Assembly: GCA_031291875.1 (NCBI GenBank)
Contig: JARLIE010000218.1
Location: forward strand, 4,979-68,978
DNA length: 64,000 nucleotides
Source of the DNA: Minisyncoccota bacterium
Lineage (GTDB): Bacteria; Patescibacteriota; Minisyncoccia; Phycocordibacterales; UBA2100
Direction of reading: 5' to 3'
Shown piece after piece: positions 1 through 11,937 of this stretch. How positions within the stretch are numbered: position 1 is the first letter of the stretch; every line of letters begins with the position of its first letter. The notes below the pieces were generated by a model that did no database searches, had not been told where the DNA came from, and saw only the letters and a list, made by a program, of their open reading frames with translations. The position numbers were made by a program, and so were the translations under genes.

Positions 1-872
1 GTGATTGCAGCCTGGCGGACCTTGTTGAATTGGCGTGTGTAGAGGTGCGCCATTTCCTTTGCCTTGTCGGTCGCACTTTTCATCGCGACCATGCGTGCTG
101 AGTGCTCGGATGCTTTCGATTCGAGGAGTGCATGAAAGACGGCGATATTCAAAAGGCGTGGCAAGAGCACCGCGAGCACGGAATCTGCATCCGGCTCGAT
201 GGTGTAGAAGGCCGGGGCGTGTACGCTTTCATCTTTTTGCGGCGCGTATTTACCGCGCACCGGACGGATGCCCGCGATCATTTCGGCGATCATGTTTTTC
301 GTGATCGGTATAAGTTGGCGAACACTCGGCTGCTGTTCGAATGTGGAGATGAAATTTTGATACACCACATGGCAGGTACCGATTTCTTTGGCCGAATGCA
401 ATTCGAGAATTTTCTCGGTGACTTTGCGGATGTCGGCCTCTGAAATTCCGTCGGAAAGGTTCTCGTATTTTTCACGCACGTCGAATCCCCTATTGGCGAA
501 GAAGTCGCCGCCTCGTCGTCCGATCGCGAGAATTACGACATTGCTTTTATCCAAACCACGCTGCGAGATCTCGCGTTCGACGCGGCGAATAATGCCGCTG
601 TTGAGCGATCCCGCGAGCCCTTTGTCGCTGGTAATCATCAAGAAACAGGTTTTGCCAGGCCGCTCTTGCAAAAGCGAGTGTCGGGCGATCTCCACGGTTC
701 CCGAGAGACGTTCGAGTATCGAGAGTGCAGCGGCAGCGTACGAGCGACCGCCGAGCGCTCGCTCTTGCGACTTGCGCATCTTCACAGCAGAGACGGCTTC
801 CATCGCGTGCGTGACGGTTCCCGTTTTTTTATACGATTGTATTTTGAGTTTGATGTTCTTCAGCGAGGCCAT
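1..872 (-). CDS. atpG: ATP synthase F1 gamma subunit (3' end cut by window edge)
   Basis: Minus-strand translation from ATG at 872 gives MASLKNIKLKIQSYKKTGTVTHAMEAVSAVKMRK..., the canonical gamma N-terminus. The frame stays open to the window start. It is not in the ORF track because it has no stop inside the window. It lies downstream of atpA in operon order. Confidence 0.85.
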   Translation of the reverse strand, partial: MASLKNIKLKIQSYKKTGTVTHAMEAVSAVKMRKSQERALGGRSYAAAALSILERLSGTVEIARHSLLQERPGKTCFLMITSDKGLAGSLNSGIIRRVEREISQRGLDKSNVVILAIGRRGGDFFANRGFDVREKYENLSDGISEADIRKVTEKILELHSAKEIGTCHVVYQNFISTFEQQPSVRQLIPITKNMIAEMIAGIRPVRGKYAPQKDESVHAPAFYTIEPDADSVLAVLLPRLLNIAVFHALLESKASEHSARMVAMKSATDKAKEMAHLYTRQFNKVRQAAI

Positions 873-873
873 A

Positions 874-1254
874 TTAGTTCAAGGTTCGATCGAGAAAATC
901 TTGTTGGTGCTTTAGCATGTCTTCCATTTCTTGGAGGTTCTCCACATATTCGTCGCGCAGTGATTCCTTTTCTACAAGCTCCTCTTCGAGAAACTTTCTT
1001 TCCGCACCTTCGAGAGATGACAAACGTTCGGTCAAGTGTTCCATTTGTGCGTTCAAGTGTGCAATGCGCTCTTGGTTCAATCTAATCTTTTCGGGCATGA
1101 CCCGCAGGCCGTTGCGCGCGTATTCTATCTTTTCTTCCGTAGAGAGTGTCTTGAAGTGCTCAGTAATTTGTTCGCGGGCTTCCTCAAGTTCGGAGTCATC
1201 GTCAATCTCGACTTCTTCCTTGCGCTCCCGTTTCTTTGGAGGCCGCTCAAACAT
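874..1254 (-). CDS. hypothetical highly charged coiled-coil protein embedded in the atp operon
   Basis: 126-aa ORF. Its ATG (1254) lies 2 nt after the atpA TAA stop, and its own stop abuts the atpG ATG (872). K/E/R/D-rich with heptad-like pattern. No recognisable family. Confidence 0.55.
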   Translation of the reverse strand: MFERPPKKRERKEEVEIDDDSELEEAREQITEHFKTLSTEEKIEYARNGLRVMPEKIRLNQERIAHLNAQMEHLTERLSSLEGAERKFLEEELVEKESLRDEYVENLQEMEDMLKHQQDFLDRTLN

Positions 1255-1256
1255 AG

Positions 1257-2825
1257 TTATTTTGTCGCGAACAATTCCGGGTGCGCGAGACGGAATTCTT
1301 CGGTTGCCTTCGCGATTTCTTTCTTGGAATCGTCCGAGAGTTGGCCCGACTTCTTAATCTCGGCGAACACATTCTTGTGCTGCGCGTCAACGTACTCGAC
1401 GAAAAGCGTCGCCGCCTCTCGTACACGCGCGACCGGAGTGTCGTTGAATATCCTGAGTGATGCGGCGTAGAGCATCGCGACCTGGCGCTCCATCGGAATC
1501 GGCGCGCCATTGCGCTGCTTGAGGAGTTCAATCATGCGCTGACCGGAGGCGAGCTGGTCAGCCGTCGTTTTGTCGAGATCCTGCGCGAACTGAGTGAATG
1601 CTTCGAGATCGCGGAATTGCGCGAGTTCAAGCTTGAGACCGCCGGCGACCGCCTTCACTGCCTTGGTTTGTGCGGAAGAACCGACGCGGGACACAGAGAT
1701 ACCGACATCAATCGCCGGACGAACTCCTTTGTTGAAGAGGTCGGTGACGAGGAAGATTTGGCCGTCGGTGATCGAAATGACGTTGGTCGGGATGTATGCG
1801 GAAACGTCACCTTCTTGGGTTTCGATGATCGGGAGCGCGGTGATAGAACCGCCGCCCTTCTCTTCGCTCATGCGGCACGCGCGCTCAAGCAAACGAGAGT
1901 GGAGATAAAAGATATCGCCCGGATATGCTTCGCGACCCGGCGGGCGGCGAAGAAGGAGCGAGAGTTCGCGGTACGCTACCGCCTGTTTCGAGAGGTCATC
2001 GTAAATAATGAGGACGTCCTTGCCTTTGTCCATGAAGTACTCACCCATCGCAACACCCGCAAACGGGGCAAGATATTGCAACGCCGCAGGCGCAGAGGCC
2101 GGCGCGTCGACGATGATCGTGTACTCCATCGCGCCCGCTTCACGCAGCTGCTGAGCGATACGAGCGGTCTTCGATTCCTTCTGACCGATAGCAACATAGA
2201 TACAAATCGGGCGCTTGTCTTCCGGTTCATTCAGCTGGTTGATGATGGTGTCGATCGCAATCGTTGTTTTGCCTGTCGCGCGGTCGCCAATGATGAGCTC
2301 ACGCTGACCGCGGCCAATCGGGATCATCGCGTCGATCGCGGTGATGCCGGTTGCAAGCGGGACAGTAACGGATTTACGGTCGATAACTCCAGCTGCCTGT
2401 CGCTCGACGGGAACCATCGTCATGTTCTTGAATGGACCTTTGGCATCCTGCGGCTCACCGAGCGCATTCACAACACGGCCGAGCAATTCTTCGCCAGCTG
2501 GTACGCTGAGTACGTGACCCGTCGATTTGACCGTCATTCCTTCTGAAACACGTGCGGTATCGCCGAGAATAGACGCTCGTACGCCGTCTTCTTCGAGGTT
2601 CAAAACGAGGCCGTAGAGTTCAGTCTGCGCCTCCATCGCCTCCGCGAGCTTCTTGCTCTTTGTTTCTTCAAATATCAAAACTTCGCTCATCACGACACTC
2701 GTGAGGCCGTCGATCGCGACGACACCGTCGCCGACTTGCACCACACGGCCTACATGAGCACTCTCATGCGTCGGTTTAAATTGTTCGATCTCCTTTATGA
2801 TCTTTTCGACGGTTGAAGAATTCAT
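1257..2825 (-). CDS. atpA: ATP synthase F1 alpha subunit
   Basis: 522 aa. Walker A GDRATGKT, signature of F1 alpha, typical N-terminal beta-barrel. Operon context. Confidence 0.97.
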   Translation of the reverse strand: MNSSTVEKIIKEIEQFKPTHESAHVGRVVQVGDGVVAIDGLTSVVMSEVLIFEETKSKKLAEAMEAQTELYGLVLNLEEDGVRASILGDTARVSEGMTVKSTGHVLSVPAGEELLGRVVNALGEPQDAKGPFKNMTMVPVERQAAGVIDRKSVTVPLATGITAIDAMIPIGRGQRELIIGDRATGKTTIAIDTIINQLNEPEDKRPICIYVAIGQKESKTARIAQQLREAGAMEYTIIVDAPASAPAALQYLAPFAGVAMGEYFMDKGKDVLIIYDDLSKQAVAYRELSLLLRRPPGREAYPGDIFYLHSRLLERACRMSEEKGGGSITALPIIETQEGDVSAYIPTNVISITDGQIFLVTDLFNKGVRPAIDVGISVSRVGSSAQTKAVKAVAGGLKLELAQFRDLEAFTQFAQDLDKTTADQLASGQRMIELLKQRNGAPIPMERQVAMLYAASLRIFNDTPVARVREAATLFVEYVDAQHKNVFAEIKKSGQLSDDSKKEIAKATEEFRLAHPELFATK

Positions 2826-2827
2826 AG

Positions 2828-3214
2828 CTAGCGTACGGCGCGATTATACATATCCAATAATGCTTGTTTATAGCTTGCATCCACGAGCTTACCCTTACCC
2901 TCGAAGCGCCATCCTCCGATCAATTCAGGGTCGACGCGTGTTTCGACATCTTTCGCTTCTGCGCCGAGTTCCTTGAGGAGCGGTTCGATGTCTCGCTTTG
3001 CGCCGTGCGAATCTTTTTCGCTCGCGATCGTAAGCGTGATCATGTTGTTGCGATGCTCACGTTGCGCCAAGCGCCCGAACGCACTCGCGATGCGAGGCAT
3101 CAACAGCTCGCGTCCATGCGCCTTGAGCGATTCGTGCAGCGATTGCACCGCCTTGTGAGGCTCCATGCCCCTTTCTACCGATTGCCATAGTGCCTGCGCG
3201 TATTCTTTTTCCAT
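2828..3214 (-). CDS. atpH: ATP synthase delta (OSCP) subunit, unusually short
   Basis: 128 aa ending [21 protein letters not shown], a delta C-terminal motif. Sits between atpF and atpA. About 50 aa shorter than typical delta. Confidence 0.75.
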   Translation of the reverse strand: MEKEYAQALWQSVERGMEPHKAVQSLHESLKAHGRELLMPRIASAFGRLAQREHRNNMITLTIASEKDSHGAKRDIEPLLKELGAEAKDVETRVDPELIGGWRFEGKGKLVDASYKQALLDMYNRAVR

Positions 3215-3215
3215 A

Positions 3216-3665
3216 TTACGCTTTTTGACCTCGCAAAATCTTCTCCGCAGCGAGCATTGCCGCCTTCACGATCTCGCGCTCGCTCTCTGCAACCACCCGA
3301 CGCTTCTCTTCTTCCGCGCGGACTTGCGCATCTTTGAGAATGGCGCCAGCTTTCGCTTCGGCTGCGTGTACTGTTTCGGCACCGACTTCGCTTGCGCGAG
3401 TGCGCGCGGTGGCGACGAGGCCTTCGGCTTGTCGCGCAGCGTCAGCTACCATTTGGTCTCCTTGCGTTTTTGCATCTTCAAGATGCTGTTGCGCGAGCTG
3501 CGCGGTGCGCACGCTCTCGGCGATCTTCGCGCGACGTTCGTCGATGACGCGAAGAATGGGGCGATACAGGAAGTACGAGAGTGCGATGAGCAGTACGGCG
3601 AAATTCACCCCTTGTATAAGAAGGAGTTTCCAATCAAGACCGAATGCTGCAAAAAACTGTCCCAT
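3216..3665 (-). CDS. atpF: ATP synthase Fo subunit b
   Basis: 149 aa. Single N-terminal TM helix followed by a long charged Ala/Glu/Arg-rich helix. Operon position. Confidence 0.85.
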   Translation of the reverse strand: MGQFFAAFGLDWKLLLIQGVNFAVLLIALSYFLYRPILRVIDERRAKIAESVRTAQLAQQHLEDAKTQGDQMVADAARQAEGLVATARTRASEVGAETVHAAEAKAGAILKDAQVRAEEEKRRVVAESEREIVKAAMLAAEKILRGQKA

Positions 3666-3690
3666 ACGACTTCCCTGGATTCGTCAGTGC

Positions 3691-3921
<231 letters not shown>

Positions 3922-4015
3922 CTAAAAGTAACTTTTGGTAATTTCAATTTCGACCGCACTATTGTAGCACGCGTTTGCTGCGTTTTCTAGCAGAGCGAGT
4001 GGAGTAAGCGCTGCT

Positions 4016-4768
4016 TTAGTGCGCTTCTTCGCCGTGCGGTTCCATGATCGCAAGTTTGACGAAAAAGAGCGTGAGGAGCGCAAAAACGGCCGCCTGCACG
4101 ATTCCCACGAAGAGCTCGAAGCTCATGAGCGGTACTGGCAAGATGTACGGCACGAAATACCCCGCGACCGCGAGCAAAACTTCCCCGGCAAAAACGTTAC
4201 CGAAAAGACGGAAAGAGAACGAAACAAAGCGTGAAAGTTCGCTGATGAGTTCGATGAGGCCGACGATGAAATTGAGGGGCGAGCTGAAATTGATGAACTT
4301 ACCGCCGTACCTAAAGAGGCCTACGGCCACAATACCGGCGATCTCAATCGAAAAGACAGAAATAATGGCGAGCGCGAGCGTTGTATTGAGGTCGCTGTTG
4401 ACGCTGCGTAAGAGCGGGACCCACTCGGCACCCTGTTTGATGATGATCGATCCCACGCCCGGCGTGAACTCGAGCAAATTGGAGGTTGCGATAAAAAGGA
4501 AAATCGTCATGAGGAGCGGAAACATGCGACGGGCCCAGGTGCGATCTTCGAGCGTCTCCGTGATGAAGTCGTATACGTACTCAACGAGCCATTCGAGGAA
4601 TGTCTGGAAGCGGCTCGGCACCATCGAAATGCGCCTTCCTACAAAAAAAGCGGTCAGAATAAGGACGGTCATCACAATCCAACTCGTAATGAGCGTATTG
4701 GTAACCGGAATCCCAAAAAGGGATCCGACCCGTTCGGCTGCGAGAGAAATATGAATACCTGACTGCAT
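4016..4768 (-). CDS. atpB: ATP synthase Fo subunit a
   Basis: Polytopic membrane protein with the essential Arg motif FSFRLFGN. Likely start is MQSGIHISLAAE (ATG 4768). The ORF track extends to 4846. Confidence 0.85.
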   Translation of the reverse strand: MQSGIHISLAAERVGSLFGIPVTNTLITSWIVMTVLILTAFFVGRRISMVPSRFQTFLEWLVEYVYDFITETLEDRTWARRMFPLLMTIFLFIATSNLLEFTPGVGSIIIKQGAEWVPLLRSVNSDLNTTLALAIISVFSIEIAGIVAVGLFRYGGKFINFSSPLNFIVGLIELISELSRFVSFSFRLFGNVFAGEVLLAVAGYFVPYILPVPLMSFELFVGIVQAAVFALLTLFFVKLAIMEPHGEEAH

Positions 4769-4871
4769 ATTTTTCGAAATGGTAGCACAAAGAAGCGGCG
4801 GCCCCAAGGCCGCCGCACACTCCCCGTTGATGTGAATGGTGCCCATTCACAGACGCACTAGCGTAGTCGAA

Positions 4872-5477
4872 TTAGACGTTGGATTTCTGGGGCGGAAGCA
4901 ATACCTCGTTGATGAGATACACGACGCCGTTCGAGCCCTTGTATTCGGCGATGATGATCGAGGAGTTGACCATCGGGATGTTGTTGATGTCCGTGAAATT
5001 CAGCGGATCACCCGACCAAGCCTGCACAACGCCGGAGAATTGGGCACCCGGCTGGATCGCTTTGCCTGCAACGATCGAGTACTGGACGAGGCGCCTAAGT
5101 TGCGCAGCTGTCATCTTCGAGAGCGTGCCTTTCGGCAAGCTTGAGAAAGCGCTGTCGGTCGGTACGAAAATCGTGTACTGGCCGGTCGCGCTTATCGAGC
5201 TGCCGACGCCGGTCGAGCTTAGCAACGACTCATACTCCGATGCGCTCGGCAAAAGTGTGAGGATCGACTTAACCGTATCACTGCTCTTATCAGTCACCGT
5301 CGGTCCTTGAGACGCTTGCGATGTCGTTGTTGCAGCCGTCGAAGTTGCGAGTGACGTATTCGTCGTCGCTACGTTCACCTGCTGATTGGCGGCGATCCAC
5401 CACCAGCCGAGCGCCGCAATCACGACGATCGCAACGATGCCGATCCAGAATCCCTTATTAGCATTTACATTGTTCAT
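4872..5477 (-). CDS. fasciclin (FAS1) domain protein, membrane anchored
   Basis: N-terminal TM helix, Thr/Ser-rich linker, FAS1 core motifs (TIFVPTDSAF, VVYLINEVLLP). Confidence 0.7.
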   Translation of the reverse strand: MNNVNANKGFWIGIVAIVVIAALGWWWIAANQQVNVATTNTSLATSTAATTTSQASQGPTVTDKSSDTVKSILTLLPSASEYESLLSSTGVGSSISATGQYTIFVPTDSAFSSLPKGTLSKMTAAQLRRLVQYSIVAGKAIQPGAQFSGVVQAWSGDPLNFTDINNIPMVNSSIIIAEYKGSNGVVYLINEVLLPPQKSNV

Positions 5478-5542
5478 ATTGGCGGATATTAGAAACCCCT
5501 ATAAATCAGGCTTTTGCCTGTTGGTATTTAGACGTACGGAGC

Positions 5543-6400
5543 TTACCTTTCTTTCATGAACTCCGCTACCACTTTCGCAACGCGTCCCTCCCCTCCCTTG
5601 AAACCGTGACCGACCCCGGCAACAGTGAGCACGGTGTCGCTCGGTTTCAAATGCTTCTCAAACCAGGCTGTGGCCTCACTCGCCGGTCGGTCGGCAAACT
5701 CGTCTTCCTGCGCCCAGAGCACTAAGATCGGCAGTTTCACCTTCTGTAGCGCACGCGGTTTCTTGTTGGGATCGATATACGTGAAAATTTCTTCCGACGA
5801 ATCGGGCGTATAGAGCGAGAGAAATCTTTGGGCGTCGTTTAATTCTTCCGGCCACAGAGAAGCCGGAATGAACTCGTTCGGTTTACCGCTCTTTACAAGC
5901 TTTCGCGCGTAAGATGCGATTCGAGACAACTTTGCGGCGCCATGACGCTTCAGGGCTCCTGCATAATCACTAACGGGAGCGAGTAGCACGATGCCTTTGA
6001 CGCCTGCTCCCTTCTTTGAAGCCCAGTAAACTGCCTTTTGACAACCGGTCGAGTGGCCGGCGAGAAAAATGCGCTTCACACCTGTCTTTCGAACGAAATC
6101 GATTGCTCCTTGAATATCATCGACACAATCGGTAAAGCGCTCGTGCGCGGATCCCGCTTCATAGGAGATTCCCCTGGTAGATTTAAGCTTGCTCACTGAG
6201 TCGTGCCCGCGATTATTGAAAACTACAACTGCAGTATTTTTGTTGACCAAAGACTGCACGACCGAGTGCATCGAAAACATCGAGGAGGTAAGACCATGTA
6301 TCCAAATGAGCACCTGCTTTGGCTTTTTGGGACCGAACCAAAGTCCGTTCAGTAGAAAATTCTTCGGCGTCGTGATTTGCACGACGAATGCCGGTGTCAT
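5543..6400 (-). CDS. alpha/beta-fold hydrolase
   Basis: 285 aa. Nucleophile elbow GHSTG (GxSxG). HG oxyanion region near N-terminus, C-terminal His. Confidence 0.7.
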   Translation of the reverse strand: MTPAFVVQITTPKNFLLNGLWFGPKKPKQVLIWIHGLTSSMFSMHSVVQSLVNKNTAVVVFNNRGHDSVSKLKSTRGISYEAGSAHERFTDCVDDIQGAIDFVRKTGVKRIFLAGHSTGCQKAVYWASKKGAGVKGIVLLAPVSDYAGALKRHGAAKLSRIASYARKLVKSGKPNEFIPASLWPEELNDAQRFLSLYTPDSSEEIFTYIDPNKKPRALQKVKLPILVLWAQEDEFADRPASEATAWFEKHLKPSDTVLTVAGVGHGFKGGEGRVAKVVAEFMKER

Positions 6401-6415
6401 AGGGTGAAGTATAAA

Positions 6416-6967
6416 CTACTTCGCGACTGCTACCTCGGCCGAAGAATTGAGATCCGAAGCGAGTTCATCTTGTGTGTGAGGCATGTTCGAAATGCTGACA
6501 TGCCCGACGACTTTAATAGTCACGTTATTGCAAATACCGAGCACGTTCGCGGGATTCATGGTCTTACCGCCGAGCGTTACTTGCTGTGGCAGGAGAATAT
6601 CGATCTTGTTACGCCATTTGCTGTTCATGGCGTCTGCGATAACGCGAAGACCGATCTTTTTTCCGACAACGGTATACCCGCAGGACGGCGATGAACTCGC
6701 TGAATCGATCTCGATAACGGTACCGAAGGGCAGTTTGCCGGCGAGGTCGGAGGATCGGGCAGCGACGACGTTTGGGTCTGAGTAGGCGCCACTCGCCGTT
6801 TCGAGTGGATTACTATCGGTTTGATCAGGAACCGCGTTGTAGGCGGTCATAGCTACCTTCAGAGTCTTATCAGCCGGTACGGCCGTAGCGTCCGCGACAA
6901 TAGGCATAAGAGAAACGGCCACAAGGGCCGCGATAAGCACGCGCACGCTGGGTGGGGTCATTTGCAT
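6416..6967 (-). CDS. secreted 3D-domain protein (MltA/YuiC-like)
   Basis: Signal peptide, then the 3D motif AMTAYNAVPDQTDSNPLETASGAY with its conserved Asp residues. Confidence 0.65.
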   Translation of the reverse strand: MQMTPPSVRVLIAALVAVSLMPIVADATAVPADKTLKVAMTAYNAVPDQTDSNPLETASGAYSDPNVVAARSSDLAGKLPFGTVIEIDSASSSPSCGYTVVGKKIGLRVIADAMNSKWRNKIDILLPQQVTLGGKTMNPANVLGICNNVTIKVVGHVSISNMPHTQDELASDLNSSAEVAVAK

Positions 6968-7012
6968 GGCTCCGATTGAGAAACGCTAGCATTTATAGAA
7001 ATTGCTGTCAAT

Positions 7013-7043
7013 GAAAAAAAATGGCTCTGTTGAGCCATTTTTA
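7013..7043. terminator. rho-independent terminator downstream of ahcY
   Basis: Hairpin ATGGCTC-tgtt-GAGCCAT flanked by A8 on one side and T-run on the other. Gives a U-tract on the minus-strand transcript. Confidence 0.5.
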
Positions 7044-7093
7044 TAATACATTATTTGACTACTTGTCAAATAAGTGCCAATTTAGGGTCATCT

Positions 7094-9080
<1,987 letters not shown>

Positions 9081-9255
9081 AGTGACCCCGCGACTTCAAT
9101 GCGACTTGAGCGACGCGTACGCAAAATTGTATCACGGCGGGGTTCATACCGTTTCCATCTCGAAATGCGATACTGGCGCTCAAACCGCCTCGAGAACCGG
9201 CAATTTACCTCGCGGCGGGTCGAGCTTACTAACATAAGTAACCTTCCGAAACTAT

Positions 9256-9450
9256 ATGTGGCAACAATGGGTAAACGCTATTCTCGGGCTCTGGGTCATT
9301 GCGGTACCATTCATCGGCATCACCGGCTCAGCGATGGTCTGGACACTCGCCATTACAGGTGTCGTCATCGCGGTCCTCGGCGTGTGGGGCGCTCAGCAAG
9401 AGCAGAGTCTGGAAGAAGAGCTGCACGAACTTCAATTACAGCACCGCTAA
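9256..9450 (+). CDS. small two-TM membrane protein
   Basis: 64-aa ORF with two hydrophobic helices (WVIAVPFIGITG, LAITGVVIAVLGVW). Immediately upstream of radC. Confidence 0.35.
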   Translation: MWQQWVNAILGLWVIAVPFIGITGSAMVWTLAITGVVIAVLGVWGAQQEQSLEEELHELQLQHR

Positions 9451-9532
9451 GCACGGCTGCAGCGGGGAGATTGGTCGCCGGCACCTACGTGCCGGCGACT
9501 TTATACAAAAGCGAGCGTGCTATACTTTTTTC

Positions 9533-10270
9533 ATGCAAATGTACGCTATCAAATCGGCGGATTTGTTCCTCGACCTTTCCGAAAAAGGCCGGACGTACAT
9601 ACTCAAATTCCGTGATCTCCCGCCGGATCAAAAACCGCGCGAGAAGATGCTCGCACTTGGGTCTTCCGCTCTTTCGGTATCAGAATTGATTGCCGTTATC
9701 ATCGGGACCGGTACCAAGAAGGAAGATGTACGTGCAATGTCCGAGCGGATTTTGCGAGAGTATGGTGAGCGTAGCCTCGTCGGCAACGTCAACGCCGAAA
9801 CTCTCAGCAAGGACCTCGACATTCCGCTGGGTAAAGCGCTGCAGATCGCCGCGAGCGCGGAGCTCGGCCGCCGATTTTTCCAAAAGAACGAACTTGGAAT
9901 AGCGACGGTACGCACGTCGCAAGACGCCTATGAATACCTCAAAGACATGCGCGATCTCTCAAAAGAGCACCTGCGCGGACTCTATCTCAACAACCAACAC
10001 AAAGTCATCCACGACGAAGTGATTTCGATCGGCACCATCGATACCAATATCGTGCATCCACGAGAAGTCTTCAAACCGGCGCTCGAATACTCGGCCGTCG
10101 CCGTGATCCTCGCGCACAATCACCCTTCCGGCTCCCTCGAGCCCAGCAACGCGGATATCGAGATAACCAAACAGCTCGTCCAAAGCGGCAAAATCATGGG
10201 TATCCAGCTTCTCGATCACATCATCGTCACCAAAGATGACTACGCCAGCATCCCGGTGTCGTATGAATAG
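9533..10270 (+). CDS. radC: RadC-like JAB/MPN domain protein
   Basis: C-terminal JAMM motif HNHPSG. N-terminal HhH-like region. Start trimmed to MQMYAIKS (in frame with ORF 9299). Confidence 0.85.
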   Translation: MQMYAIKSADLFLDLSEKGRTYILKFRDLPPDQKPREKMLALGSSALSVSELIAVIIGTGTKKEDVRAMSERILREYGERSLVGNVNAETLSKDLDIPLGKALQIAASAELGRRFFQKNELGIATVRTSQDAYEYLKDMRDLSKEHLRGLYLNNQHKVIHDEVISIGTIDTNIVHPREVFKPALEYSAVAVILAHNHPSGSLEPSNADIEITKQLVQSGKIMGIQLLDHIIVTKDDYASIPVSYE

Positions 10271-10555
10271 TACGTACGCCGTCCGATCCCCTATCTTTCT
10301 TACGAATACTTCGTATGGCATCTCCTTTGTCAGAGATGCATTGCCGCGCGAGCGCAAACAGAACGTCGATTTTCATATCAAATCAGGCGATTATTTCGGC
10401 ACGCTCGCGACCATCATGGGTCTCATGGCGGATTCGCTGTCGAATAAAGGATCGGACCCGACTCGTTCCATAAAAACACTCGACGAGCTGCGCGAAGATC
10501 TTTGCTACGCGCAAGAGACATATCGAATCGAACCGAAAGACTAAAGAGCACTTTG

Positions 10556-10626
10556 TGGACCCACGGGGAGTCGAACCCCGACCTGTTCCATGCCATGGAA
10601 CCGTTCTACCGCTATACTATGGGCCC
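10556..10626 (-). tRNA. tRNA-Ala (anticodon GGC)
   Basis: Manual fold of the reverse complement gives a cloverleaf with G3:U70 Ala identity pair. Anticodon loop AT-GGC-AT. T-loop TTCGACT. No encoded CCA beyond the discriminator. Confidence 0.85.
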
Positions 10627-10684
10627 TCTCTAACGGAAGTATCCTACCAGAAAAATCGGCCAAGCGTTATAGTGTCGCAGCCGA

Positions 10685-10756
10685 CCTCCCGTCGTTCAAC
10701 GGATAGGACGCGAGCTTCCGGAGCTCGTAATGTGGGTTCGATTCCTGCCGGGAGGA
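10685..10756 (+). tRNA. tRNA-Arg (anticodon CCG)
   Basis: 7-bp acceptor CCTCCCG/CGGGAGG. Anticodon stem CGAGC/GCTCG, loop TT-CCG-GA. T-loop TTCGATT. T-stem has two G:U pairs. Confidence 0.78.
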
Positions 10757-10765
10757 ACAGTTACT

Positions 10766-11785
10766 GTGAAAAAAACAACGTACTCAGGCTCTCTCATGGG
10801 CACCATGTTCCGCAAGCTTGCGCGAAAAGTCGGCGCGAGGGTACTTATTGAGCCGACCTGGAATACAGTCGGACAAATCGTTTATCAAAGCGGTCGCAAA
10901 CGATATTTCAGATACTCAAGCCTCGATCTCAATACCCTCGGCGCTTCGGAGATCGCCAAAGATAAGGATTACGCGAATTTCTTTATGAAGCGTATGGGCT
11001 ATCGAACGATCGTCGGCAAGGCGTTTTACTCTTCGCGTTGGGCGAAAGCGATCGGGTCTCATCGAGATATCGATGCTGCCTATCGATATGCGCAAACAAT
11101 CGGATTTCCCGTTATCGTCAAGCCAAACAGCGGGAGCCAAGGAGTCGGTGTCGAGCTCGTCCACACAAAAAGAGAATTTTATACCGCATTGCGCCGCATC
11201 TTCAAAGGCGATCGCATTGCGCTCGTGCAACAACAGGTTCTTGGACGAGATTATCGCCTCGTCGTCCTCGACGACAAGATGATCTCCGCGTACCAGCGTT
11301 CTCCGCTAAAGGTTATTGGCGACGGAAAATCGAACATTAAACGACTATTGAAAATAAAACAGCGGGATTTTTTAAACAGCGGCAGAGATACTTTGTTGCG
11401 AATCGACGATCCGCGAATCAAAGCAAAACTAAAACGACAGGGACTTTCCTTCAATTCGATTCCAACAAAAAATCAAAAAATTCCTCTCCTCGACAACGCA
11501 AATCTCTCTGGCGGTGGCGACGCGATTGATGTTACGTCTATATTGCACCCTGCATTTAAAAACCTCGCGATCAAGCTGACTCGCGACATGGGTCTTCGAC
11601 TGTGCGGCGTCGACTTTATGATCGACGGCGATTGCACGAAACCACCAAGTAAATCGAATAATTATTGGATTTTAGAGATTAATGCAGCTCCAGGACTCGA
11701 CCACTACGTAAAAACGGGCAATACACAACGCAAGATCGTCGAAGACATGTACCTGGAAGTACTCAGACACATGGAACACGACTAG
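10766..11785 (+). CDS. ATP-grasp family ligase (RimK / cyanophycin-synthetase-like)
   Basis: ATP-grasp signatures: VIVKPNSGSQGVGV, GVDFMID..WILEINAAPG. Candidate GTG start at 10766 just after tRNA-Arg. Alternative ATG at 10796 or 10805. The ORF-track start 10730 lies inside the tRNA. Confidence 0.7.
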   Translation: MKKTTYSGSLMGTMFRKLARKVGARVLIEPTWNTVGQIVYQSGRKRYFRYSSLDLNTLGASEIAKDKDYANFFMKRMGYRTIVGKAFYSSRWAKAIGSHRDIDAAYRYAQTIGFPVIVKPNSGSQGVGVELVHTKREFYTALRRIFKGDRIALVQQQVLGRDYRLVVLDDKMISAYQRSPLKVIGDGKSNIKRLLKIKQRDFLNSGRDTLLRIDDPRIKAKLKRQGLSFNSIPTKNQKIPLLDNANLSGGGDAIDVTSILHPAFKNLAIKLTRDMGLRLCGVDFMIDGDCTKPPSKSNNYWILEINAAPGLDHYVKTGNTQRKIVEDMYLEVLRHMEHD

Positions 11786-11937
11786 AAAGTCGCTAGAAAT
11801 CGGCAAAACCATCACCTACACGGTTCCCCTTGCGAAATCGAGAGAAGTAGGCAAAATACTCGCTTCTTCATGCTTCATGTAGTGTTCATCATGAAGATGT
11901 ATAATTTATATTTAGCAGCCACCACCGAACCTCGACG

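Noticed and set aside
1617-2546. 309-aa plus-strand ORF
   Set aside because: It is entirely antisense to atpA, whose identity is unambiguous. It is Arg-rich low-complexity, as expected for antisense frames at high GC. The same logic applies to 39427-40569, 30765-31850, 60395-61447, 27998-28768, 29343-30134, 23197-23895, 12798-13526 and 3334-3906.
9299-9532. Upstream extension of radC ORF
   Set aside because: The extended frame overlaps the 64-aa membrane ORF and has no homology to RadC N-termini. Start reset to ATG 9533.
9959-10357. 132-aa minus-strand ORF
   Set aside because: It overlaps the radC coding region antisense. No motifs or RBS.
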